A stretch of 64,000 nucleotides of DNA, taken from NCBI GenBank assembly GCA_964019335.1, contig OZ025704.1:434001-498000 (forward strand). Direction: 5' to 3'. Under the pieces are notes generated by a model that had not been told where the DNA came from, did no database searches, and was given only the letters and a program-made list of their open reading frames with translations. This document shows, piece after piece, positions 52,101 to 61,327 of the stretch (its first letter is position 1; each line of letters begins with the position of its first letter). Source of the stretch: Diplonema japonicum (Eukaryota; Protista; Euglenozoa: Diplonemea). The position numbers and the translations under genes were made by a program.

Positions 52101-54467
52101 ATGGAAGGCATTACGAAGGAAGCTATGCATGCTTTGGCCAGGGCGCTCATTAGCAGCGAGGCAGTAAATTACCCTGACGGATCCACACCCCTGCAATTGG
52201 CCACATCAGTGCTTTTAGCAAATGTGACCTTTGACGGCAAGGCGGTGTTGTCCCCCCCTCTTGTAGAGGTTAGGAGGTGTGTGGAGCCTGTACCTCGGCA
52301 GCCTGCAGCACCAGCACCCAAACGAAGGCGCCCCAACGGGCAGTACGAAGCCAGCAATGAGGTGGCTGCCGTGCTTCATCGACGAAAACTACTGCAACAC
52401 GAATGGGATGAGCGGCAGATTGTTCTAGAGGACGAAAAGGTCGAATGGTCAACGCTTCAGGCGGGGTGCACTCTCATTGCAAACAACATTGAGACTATGC
52501 TGGTGTTGCAAGGCACCCTGCAAGAACCGTTGTCATTCCCTTCTCCACCGCCCAGCCCGCCCAGTAGAGGATCATCCTTTGCGGAACGTAACCGAGAATA
52601 TAAGCACCCGGTACCGCCTGAGGAAAATCTAAACATAGGAGTGGTGCGCCTGATGCATGACTTGGATAAGAAGGAGAAGGCTGCAACAGCAAGACGCAAA
52701 GCAAGAATCAAGTGGAGATCCAAAAGGCCAGTGCACCTTCAGGAGTTTGATGATAGGAACCTCCGGCGGAAGATCCAGTGCGACAGGCGAGTGCAGCTCC
52801 GCAGGCTACTGCTGCGTGGGAAGCAATACGAAACATACACAGATATGAATCCGATGGATGATGGCCTGCACGTGCTGTTTCATTCGGCCATCGAAGGGCA
52901 TGTTGACAGCTTCAAGAAGTTTACCCTTGTCAACGAGAGTTTGGATCCAATGCTCCTGTTGACAGATAAGTTTGGGAGAACGCCTTTGCATTTTGCTGCT
53001 TACCATGGACAGTTGTGCGTTGTGCATTTCTGTACAATGAATTTAAATATCCACAAAATACAGCCGACGAGTCGTGGGCACACTGTACTGCACTACGCGG
53101 TTTTGGGAGGGCGTCTTGATGTGGTTACAATGATTTTCAAGAGCGCTTCAGGCCATTGCAGAACAGTATATGAACTGTCAGCAGCTACAAAAGAGGGTCT
53201 TCGGGCCATTGACATTTCTCGTAACATGCAGTACGGACACATCTTTCACTACTTGAAGCAGTTGGAGGGACAGCACACCATAAGCAAAATGGCTGAGTTG
53301 GTGAAGGTGAAGAAGACAAAGGAGGTAGAACGTGATGTGATACGTGCAATGAGGTTGGCAGAGATAGAGATACAGGAAGCTCTTCAGAAAGCAATGGAAG
53401 AAGGGGAGCGAGAGAAGAGAGAGGCCGCGCTCCGAGATGAAGAAGAGCGGTTAGAACGAGAAAAGATGGCTGAGATGGAGGCGCTGCTGGCGGAGGAAGA
53501 GGCAATTGCAATTGCGAAGTTAGAGCAGATGAGGCAAAAGAGAGAACAGTATTTCGAAGAAAGGAACATACGTTTACATGAGTTTCGCCTTGCTAGGGAG
53601 CTCATCGAGGAAACACTGATGAGCGAGGAGGACATCCTAAGCAGTGAAAAGCCTGTTGTACAATTGTCAAGAACGAAAGTGGAACCAACGCAACAAGAGC
53701 GGGCATATTATGGACTATCTGTGTGCGACGGTCAGCGGGTTCGGGGGTATGGAAATATTCAGTATGACCACCTGCTAGTAATGATGACGAAAGGACCTGC
53801 AACAGCTGCCGGCATCAAGTCAGGAGAGAGCATTGTCGCGATCAATGGAAAACAAGCAAGCCTTACGAGGTTTAGAGAAGCATGTAGTTCAGCAGGCTGC
53901 TTACATCTGATTCTAAAAGATAAGCAATCGAAGAAGAGAGATGTGATTGTGGAGCCTTGTATGGAACTCGAACGCTGCGAGAGTAATAGCAGATATACAA
54001 ACTATACCGTCACGAAGGTTCCCCCGTACGTAGCTGGATTCAAGAGTGCGAAACAGTTTGCAGCCGTGAGCGCAGGCCCATGCGTCGAGGGAAGGGAAGA
54101 TGTGCACTCATCAGTCCGGATAATATTACGTAGTGATGCTAAGGTTGTGTGCATCTCTGGCTTCCAGCTGTACGGCCCTGGTGGGCGACGCGTCATGCAT
54201 GCCAGCCTGTCCAATCCTCGCATTGCTGCAAAGTTTCAAAAGGAAGAGGACGTGTCCCAAGCGTCGCCTATGGTGATAGAAGTTCAGCTTGTGAAGCCGA
54301 TTGTAATAACATCATTCCGCCTCAAAACAGCAGCATGTGATAGAGCCACTGACCCCACTGAATGCATGTTACAAGGGCGTTTAAAGACAGAGTGGCACAC
54401 GCTCTGTGAGCACCCATTGCTGCTACCAACAGCAAGGAAGACATGGGGTGTCATCACCGATTCTTAG
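52101..54467 (+). CDS. Ankyrin-repeat / coiled-coil / PDZ-like protein with a C-terminal beta-sandwich-like domain (788 aa)
   Basis: Ankyrin: DKFGRTPLHFAAYHG and GHTVLHYAVLGG. PDZ-like: YYGLSV...GPATAAGIKSGESIVAING. C-terminal: ITSFRLKTA...DPTECMLQG...W. Confidence 0.85.
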   Translation: MEGITKEAMHALARALISSEAVNYPDGSTPLQLATSVLLANVTFDGKAVLSPPLVEVRRCVEPVPRQPAAPAPKRRRPNGQYEASNEVAAVLHRRKLLQHEWDERQIVLEDEKVEWSTLQAGCTLIANNIETMLVLQGTLQEPLSFPSPPPSPPSRGSSFAERNREYKHPVPPEENLNIGVVRLMHDLDKKEKAATARRKARIKWRSKRPVHLQEFDDRNLRRKIQCDRRVQLRRLLLRGKQYETYTDMNPMDDGLHVLFHSAIEGHVDSFKKFTLVNESLDPMLLLTDKFGRTPLHFAAYHGQLCVVHFCTMNLNIHKIQPTSRGHTVLHYAVLGGRLDVVTMIFKSASGHCRTVYELSAATKEGLRAIDISRNMQYGHIFHYLKQLEGQHTISKMAELVKVKKTKEVERDVIRAMRLAEIEIQEALQKAMEEGEREKREAALRDEEERLEREKMAEMEALLAEEEAIAIAKLEQMRQKREQYFEERNIRLHEFRLARELIEETLMSEEDILSSEKPVVQLSRTKVEPTQQERAYYGLSVCDGQRVRGYGNIQYDHLLVMMTKGPATAAGIKSGESIVAINGKQASLTRFREACSSAGCLHLILKDKQSKKRDVIVEPCMELERCESNSRYTNYTVTKVPPYVAGFKSAKQFAAVSAGPCVEGREDVHSSVRIILRSDAKVVCISGFQLYGPGGRRVMHASLSNPRIAAKFQKEEDVSQASPMVIEVQLVKPIVITSFRLKTAACDRATDPTECMLQGRLKTEWHTLCEHPLLLPTARKTWGVITDS

Positions 54468-54560
54468 TACGTATTTACCCCTTGTGTCCAAGGCGGTGTT
54501 TATGGCTTCTCATTCAGCATCCAGTCACTGACAGGTTAATTCAAGCAACAAAAAATACAA

Positions 54561-55499
54561 ATGAGGATCACTATTAAGTATCCTGAAGCCGGTACTGAAG
54601 GGACCATTGAAGAGCACGATGAGCTTCTGGGGAAGAACTCCACTGTCCTTGATTTGAAGGGTCTCATCAAGCTATGGACAGGTGAAAGCATTATGAAGCA
54701 GGTGCTTCTCATGGATGACAATGTGTGCGAAGACAGGGACACTTTACAGAGCCTTGGCATCAGCACTCAGGAAGATGCAGAGCAAAAGCCGTTTTCCCTA
54801 ATTCTTGAGGAGGAAGAGGAGGCTGCTATGGCTGAGGGTGAATACACTCATGAGGCATTCATCAGGGCCAACACTGCACTTGGAAAGGGTGTTGCTGTGA
54901 CGCCTGATACCGAGCACGAGGAGCAGAAGAGGAGAGAAATAACGCAGAGAGCGATTGAAAAGACGCGAAAAGAAAAGGAGCACCCCCGTGTCAGGCCCAT
55001 GAAGCTCAACACCCACTCCCCCGAGATGTCGACAGAGGATAAGTCGGATGTATACGCAATCTACTTGGACTCCAAGTACGGCATGCGTGTCAAGGGCATG
55101 GACCAGAAACTGATGATAACCGTCGGTGCTGAGGACTATGAATACTGGGACCTGAGGCTTCCTGAGACACTTTCCGTCAGGACGGAGTGCAACAGGGCCA
55201 CGGAGGTTGTGCTCGACGTCTTCTACTTCGGCGAGATCAAGAAGGTCGTTTCACAAGAAGCTTTCAGGCAAAAGGTGAAGGACAAGCTCGAAGGCTTGGG
55301 CATCAAAACGAGCTTTCTGAGCTACCCCCTCCGCGACGCAGGGTGCATGTACCCCCTCATCGCCATGCCTTTCGTCGTGTCCCACAGTGACGCTGAGAAG
55401 TTGGGCCATTCTGTATTTGAGCACTTTGGTAGACCGATGACCCCACCCTCCCAACGCCCTTTGAACAGCGGTGCAGGTGGTGGCTGTGGGTCGCAGTAG
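54561..55499 (+). CDS. Ubiquitin-like N-terminal domain protein ending in a CaaX-like motif (312 aa)
   Basis: MRITIKY...TVLDLKGLI...QVLL...EDRDTLQSLGI has the Ubl pattern. The C-terminus is GGGCGSQ*. Confidence 0.8.
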   Translation: MRITIKYPEAGTEGTIEEHDELLGKNSTVLDLKGLIKLWTGESIMKQVLLMDDNVCEDRDTLQSLGISTQEDAEQKPFSLILEEEEEAAMAEGEYTHEAFIRANTALGKGVAVTPDTEHEEQKRREITQRAIEKTRKEKEHPRVRPMKLNTHSPEMSTEDKSDVYAIYLDSKYGMRVKGMDQKLMITVGAEDYEYWDLRLPETLSVRTECNRATEVVLDVFYFGEIKKVVSQEAFRQKVKDKLEGLGIKTSFLSYPLRDAGCMYPLIAMPFVVSHSDAEKLGHSVFEHFGRPMTPPSQRPLNSGAGGGCGSQ

Positions 55500-55675
55500 G
55501 ACTCGATTCAACAATCCAAACCCCTAGTGTTTCTTATTACTTTATTTATCTCCCCTTTCAGCTTTTTGAAGCCCTACAATGTCATGTTAAGTGGCCTATG
55601 ACAGGGCGTAGCTCACTCTTTACGTATCTTTTGAATTCCATCCACATAGTTTCACAGGTGACATAAAAGGAAACA

Positions 55676-57829
55676 ATGCAGGGAAAGGAGGCTCAGAAGC
55701 AGATGCTGCTCACTGTCCTTGACAAGACAGGCAGGCCACTCAGCGAGGTGGGGCCGGCAATAAAAGCACTGCTGCAAAATACAAGCAAGACTCTTGAAGA
55801 AATCTACCCCGCTCTTGAAAACTGTGGCTGGGACTTCCAGAAGGCAGAAGCTGTGCTGCTCGCCCCTTCAGAAGAGCAGAGTGTGCAGCATGATTCGATG
55901 CGATCGGCATGGGAGCAGGCCAGCATGGAAAGCACAGCTCCCAAGCCTCCTGTGCAGCATTTGAGCTCGGCGTCCACGTCGTCTTCGCTTCCTGGCGTGC
56001 CACCTCCGCCAGTCATGATGAAGGCTGCTTTACCGCAGCAAATACCGCAGCAGCAAGTAGAAGCTGATTCAAGGTCAGTGCACAGTTTTGTGAGTGAAAG
56101 TGAATCTTGCGGTCCTGCACCTGCTGCACCTGAACCTGAACCTACACTCACAGCCATGCCAGTTTCTGAGACTAGCCAAGCCACTGTACCACCTCCCAGC
56201 TTCATGGATGCAGGAAAGGATAGCTACCCTGCACCTTCGTTCAAAAGGGTGTCCTCACTTGTCGGGACCCCTGCAGTAACTCCTCTCGCGGCGCACACCT
56301 CAACACCAGTTGCTCAAGAGAAGCGCGCACCTTCCATACCCATGACAACACTTCAAGAAGAGATAAAAGATAAACAACGTGAGATGGTTGTCAGGAAAGC
56401 GGGAGTGGAAAATCAGCTACACAAGGAGCGCATGGATGGACTAGAGAACGAGCTGCGCCAGCTTAAGGCAGCTAGAGAGGAGCGCGCGAAGCAAGTCGAA
56501 GACAGAGAAAAGGAAGGCTCACGCATTCAGCACAAGGCAGCTGCTGCTACTATGGAGTGGAAAAAGGCTTTCTCAAGTATCTCACCGCACCTCACCCAAA
56601 TGAGCGAGAAGGATTTCACACCAGAAAGTGTAGGCCGAGCATGGAAGAAGGCAACAGATGCCTCAACAGTTGCTCTTGAGGAGAAGATAAAAACAGAGTT
56701 GCAAGAGGACTTGCTGCTGTCCGAGAAACGTGATCGGGAAGAGGAGCGAAAAGGCTGGGCAAAGCGGCTGGATGCATTGGTTGAGCAGAGGGCTGATGAT
56801 TTGAAAGATCAAGAGGCTACATTCTCAAAGATCTTAGAACAGAAGGGACAGGAACAAACAGCACTTATCCACGTGTTCCACAGTAGGTTGACACAGGTAC
56901 AGGAGGCTTACGAGGCGAGACTTGAGCTTTCCAATGCAGAAACCGAACGGCTGGTCACAGAGCACCTTGTTTCGCCTCCAAGGAGGCACGGCACGCCCGG
57001 TTCGATACAGCTCACTCCGACACCCACTACCCAGCTGCGGGAGGGTGCAAGGGGTCCCATCATCTCTCCGATGACAGCAACCAGTACTGCAGGCATGCTG
57101 GACTATCTGGACATAGGCGGCGACCCCCTGGGGTACAGTGATTCAGAAGTGGAGCGTCAGGCTGAAGCTGCAGCACGACACTTAGAAAAGCTTGGGAAGA
57201 AAAATATGTCGCCCGCCGACAAGGCCGCTCGTAAGATGAGGAAAACCCGCAAAAAGGATTCAGCACCCAGCACAGCAGCTTCAACTCCCGCAGGTGCACA
57301 CATCCCAGCTCCTGCGGCACCTGTACCCATCGATGTTTTGAGGAAGAATGTTCAAGCATTCGCGGAATCTCCTGTTAAGCAGCATGCCACAATTGCTCCT
57401 TTTCCTGTAACCAGTTTGGGCCTATGCCCCTACTGCCGGTTAGATGTACCTGTGCAAAGCAACTATTGCAACGCGTGTGGGGCATTTATTAGAACTGATA
57501 CCGTCCCTACCCAGCCCACTGTGCCGTACTCGCCGTATCAACAATCCCCCTATACGCAAGACACCCAGCAGCCAAACATCGCTGCACCCGGCACTGATAG
57601 CAGGTATTCGAAGCGGCACCTTGAGAAGAAGCTCTGGGATGCGAACAGACAAGAACACAGGCAGTACAATGCCGATAGCTATGCGCGCTTGGATCCCTCG
57701 GCCCAAAGGAACGCAACCATTTTCACGAACGTACCTGGCAAGGGTCGAGAGTCTCCGGTTAAGAGGCGCCCCGGGTCAGACTTTGCCTCGCCCAACACTT
57801 TTTATAGCACTGGCTCACCTTATTACTAG
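55676..57829 (+). CDS. Hypothetical protein with a UBA-like N-terminus, coiled coil and zinc ribbon (717 aa)
   Basis: ALENCGWDFQKAEAVL is UBA-like. There is a central coiled coil and a CPYC-x10-CNACG zinc ribbon. Confidence 0.8.
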   Translation: MQGKEAQKQMLLTVLDKTGRPLSEVGPAIKALLQNTSKTLEEIYPALENCGWDFQKAEAVLLAPSEEQSVQHDSMRSAWEQASMESTAPKPPVQHLSSASTSSSLPGVPPPPVMMKAALPQQIPQQQVEADSRSVHSFVSESESCGPAPAAPEPEPTLTAMPVSETSQATVPPPSFMDAGKDSYPAPSFKRVSSLVGTPAVTPLAAHTSTPVAQEKRAPSIPMTTLQEEIKDKQREMVVRKAGVENQLHKERMDGLENELRQLKAAREERAKQVEDREKEGSRIQHKAAAATMEWKKAFSSISPHLTQMSEKDFTPESVGRAWKKATDASTVALEEKIKTELQEDLLLSEKRDREEERKGWAKRLDALVEQRADDLKDQEATFSKILEQKGQEQTALIHVFHSRLTQVQEAYEARLELSNAETERLVTEHLVSPPRRHGTPGSIQLTPTPTTQLREGARGPIISPMTATSTAGMLDYLDIGGDPLGYSDSEVERQAEAAARHLEKLGKKNMSPADKAARKMRKTRKKDSAPSTAASTPAGAHIPAPAAPVPIDVLRKNVQAFAESPVKQHATIAPFPVTSLGLCPYCRLDVPVQSNYCNACGAFIRTDTVPTQPTVPYSPYQQSPYTQDTQQPNIAAPGTDSRYSKRHLEKKLWDANRQEHRQYNADSYARLDPSAQRNATIFTNVPGKGRESPVKRRPGSDFASPNTFYSTGSPYY

Positions 57830-57904
57830 TATTGTACTTTGTATCTGTGTATTATGTATTGGCCCCCGCACGTCCATCCTTAACGAACAAGTACTTCACA
57901 GGTT

Positions 57905-58624
57905 ATGAAATTCATATTATATGTAGTAACGTGCCTAACGTGTCTCATCGCAGTAAGGGGTCAAGATGCAACTGCCACAGCAACGCTCACCCTCACACTC
58001 AACACAACCACAGAGACGCTGACCTCGACACTGGGAACAAGGACAGCGACGATGACCGAGACAGCAAGCATATCAGTGAGTGCTACGAAAGAGGTGACAG
58101 AGACGGCTACGCACATGGCAACAGGGACAGAGACCATGACTGCATCAGAGACAGTCTCAGTGACGAATATCACGGAAACAGCAACGCTGTCACCGGAGAT
58201 TGAGTCAAGTAGTAGTAGTGATTTTTGGAAGTGGGCCATATTAGTGATCTGCGTAGTGTGCGGACTCCTCGCCATCGGGATTCTGTACCTCATCCTTCTC
58301 AAGCGGAGGAAGAACAGGAAACAGCGGTACATTGATAATGAGAACAATGAGAGCAACGACATTGAGTCCCCTCAAATGCGCTTCGAGCTCCCTGATTTCA
58401 CACCCAAGCGGTCATCAATTAGACAGCAGCAGAGTGTGCTGAGCCCCAATGTCACTGACACAGGTGGCCGTCTTGGGAACTCGGAAAATGTCCTTTGGAT
58501 AAACCCAGTTGTACCGGAATCTCCAAATCTCAGTAAAAACCTTGACCAACCACAGACTACTTCCAGGGCTAGCCGCCTTACTTTGCAAGATACATTCGGC
58601 AAGAAAAGTCTGCCTGCATCGTAG
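57905..58624 (+). CDS. Mucin-like type I membrane protein (239 aa)
   Basis: Signal peptide MKFILYVVTCLTCLIAVRG, an alternating T-x-T ectodomain, TM WAILVICVVCGLLAIGILYLILL, and the stop-transfer KRRKNRK. Confidence 0.85.
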   Translation: MKFILYVVTCLTCLIAVRGQDATATATLTLTLNTTTETLTSTLGTRTATMTETASISVSATKEVTETATHMATGTETMTASETVSVTNITETATLSPEIESSSSSDFWKWAILVICVVCGLLAIGILYLILLKRRKNRKQRYIDNENNESNDIESPQMRFELPDFTPKRSSIRQQQSVLSPNVTDTGGRLGNSENVLWINPVVPESPNLSKNLDQPQTTSRASRLTLQDTFGKKSLPAS

Positions 58625-58750
58625 CAATGTGTTTATACAATATTATAGACTTTATTATTTGTAGCAACTGTACCATGTTATATTGTGTTATTATTCTCTT
58701 ACTGGTTCACTTTTGTTGGCTCTCGGATTCTTCAATACAGGTGTTCAAAG

Positions 58751-59248
58751 ATGACTTGGGAGAAACCCAGACCATCGATTCTGCAGCGTCCTTTAAAGCA
58801 GGGGAACTATAGCAACCATGAGAACCTCGAAAGCGAATGGGAAAAAGAGCAGGCCAAGACGCAGGCACGCAGGGACAAGTACGCGACGATCGATGAGAGG
58901 CTGCGTCTGGGAAATGGCGGTGCATCCATTGCTGATAAGCAGAAGCTTGCTGCCTCTGACAGAGAGTTCAAGAAACGCGCTATCGAGGCAAAGTCTCTTT
59001 CTGAGAAAATGGCAAAGGAACAAGAGAAAGAGGCAACGAAGCACGCCGCTCAAAGGGACCTTGCTCTCTCTGTGAATGAAGAAGACGCAAAGATCCGCAG
59101 GCGTGAAGAGCAGCGCAGGGTTATGCAGGAGAACATGGCACTCGCTGAGGAACGTAAGAAAGCTGCTGCGGAGGCAAAGAGGAGGGAACAAGAGATGGAA
59201 AGGAACAACATCCAAATCCTAGGCCACCAGCAGCGCAGCTTCCGTTAA
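58751..59248 (+). CDS. Small charged coiled-coil protein (165 aa)
   Basis: Acceptor aatacag at 58740 and ATG at 58751, followed by E/K/R/A-rich helical sequence. Confidence 0.75.
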   Translation: MTWEKPRPSILQRPLKQGNYSNHENLESEWEKEQAKTQARRDKYATIDERLRLGNGGASIADKQKLAASDREFKKRAIEAKSLSEKMAKEQEKEATKHAAQRDLALSVNEEDAKIRRREEQRRVMQENMALAEERKKAAAEAKRREQEMERNNIQILGHQQRSFR

Positions 59249-59484
59249 GCTACGCAACGCAGAATGCAGAATAGATTATTATTATAGATTGATTCTCTTT
59301 GTTTTCGTGCTTTCTTTTCTTTTTTTATAAACCCATTTCCCCCCCTTTCCCCTTTTAAGCGGTCTCGTTGCAGGTTCCTTAAAGTCCCTCGTTGTTCAGC
59401 TCCCTTTTTTTCTCCAGATAGATACCCTTTTTCATTCTGTTTGCCGTGCAGTAGCCAAGTATCATCAGGAATGCAATATACTAC

Positions 59485-61207
59485 ATGAAGGGCAGCACGT
59501 TGCTTAAGGGATGGGCGGGTGTGTCGGTGGCACTCACGCTGATAGCATTCTCAACACTTCTGGGGAGGGGTGACACGGACGTCAGCGTTGATAAGAAGAT
59601 AGCACAACATAGTGAACCTGGTCGGTTGGAGGTTAGAGGTGAGGTTGGAGAATCAAAGAGTGAAAAACAAACAGTCATATCCCGTTTAGAGGTACCAGAG
59701 TTAGCTGTTGTAGCAGATAAGAAACCCGAGAAGGCCGAGTACCGTGGGGAACCTGGGAAGTGGACGGGTGAGTGCAAAAATTATCCTGGCTTGGGTGTTA
59801 AGTTTCTCAGCCCCACAACACGTCCTGTGGCGGCAGTCAGAAGGGAAAAGGACTGGAAACCATGGAAACTACCGCAAGAGATTGAAGATGAACACAATGA
59901 CGAGGCACGCTTCAAGGTCCCACCTGGGTGGACGTCTGTGGCCAGCAAGATGGGGAAACAGTGGTTTCACATCACTAACTTCTGCGTGAAAGACGGGAAG
60001 CTGACGCTATTCGACAAGAAACAAGATATTAGCGTTCGAAAGAAACGCTTCAATTTGTACAATGAATTCACGCGACACAGGAACAAGCTGTCATACCACA
60101 TAGAGAGCGTTCCTGACAAGCTACCGGGACCGCTGGTGGACAACCCAGCATGGATCCTTTCCTTCTGGTGTCAGGATCTGTTCCACTCTACCTTAACATT
60201 GATGCCTGCACACGCCATCAAGAAGTGGAACAACTCCGACATCTATGTCACCCTTTGCAAGCCCAAGTCACCCTGCCACACCAAGCTGGGTTCCCAGATC
60301 TCCTGGAACGACAGCTACAATCCAATGTGGGGCAACGACAAGCAGTTCTCGTATGCCGGGAACCCCTATTGGAGGATGTACAGAGTCCTCACCGACCAGC
60401 CCTGGCGTATAAGGCCATTAGGAAAGCACCCTTTCTACAATAACAAGTCGAGATGCTACAAAGAGGGATTCATCGACAAGAAATGGTTTATCCAAATCAC
60501 CCGACAAGAGGCAATAGACTACTCCAACCATCATTTAAGCAACTTCGGGATCAAAAGGCAGAAGAGGGAGTGCAAGAAGGAAGGTGGCTACAGGATGACG
60601 ATGATCAATAGGCAGGGCGCGACAAGGAAGCTCGCAAACATACAGGAAGTCTCGGAGGCAGCGATGTGCCATGGGTTCAACGTGACAGTAGTGGCGTTTG
60701 AGAAGTTTGATTTAAGGGAGCAGATTGAGATCGTGGCAAACACTGACCTGCTGCTAGGGATGCACGGCAATGGGCTGATCTGGACTATGTTCCAGGAGAT
60801 AGGGGCGTATGAGATAGAGATCATGGGCTCGTGGTACGAGAGGTACGCACGGTTGTGGGGCAATGGATACAACAACACAAACACCTTCGACAAGTACGGC
60901 AAGAAGGGCAACGAGTGGAAACCCTTCCAGGCTGATATGAAGCAGGTCGGCTTGGCCCTCGCTCGGGCCAAAGAGCACTTGGACTCCACCTCTTGTGGAA
61001 ATGTGAAGCTGCCTACTATGTCCGAAAGCCACAAAACAGTGTGGGAGGTATGCAGCAGAATACGTGTAACCAGCACAGAACATCTTGATTCGCAACCATC
61101 CGGAGTTGGCGCTGCCTGCAGGTGAGCGTGCAGCATATCTGAAGAACAAAGGACACAAGACTGAAGTGACAACTGGCGGCGAGAGCAGTGAAGCTGGAAA
61201 TGTATGA
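59485..61207 (+). CDS. Glycosyltransferase family 61 (DUF563-type) type II membrane protein (563 aa); exons 59485-61047, 61079-61207
   Basis: N-terminal signal anchor; QDLFH, INR...RKLANIQEV, EQIEIVANTDLLLGMHGNGL and EI...WYERYA motifs. The 31-nt intron 61048-61078 (gtatgc...cagcacag) is inferred; unspliced, the ORF ends at 61125. Confidence 0.85.
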
Positions 61208-61327
61208 AAGAACAAATGGTATCAACACCTTTCGCAGTCTGAAGCGTCGGAGGACTCGAAGTAATGGTCGTTTAACTTAACCCTATTCGTTCATGGACGT
61301 ACTTCTTTTTGCGCATATCAAACAGGA

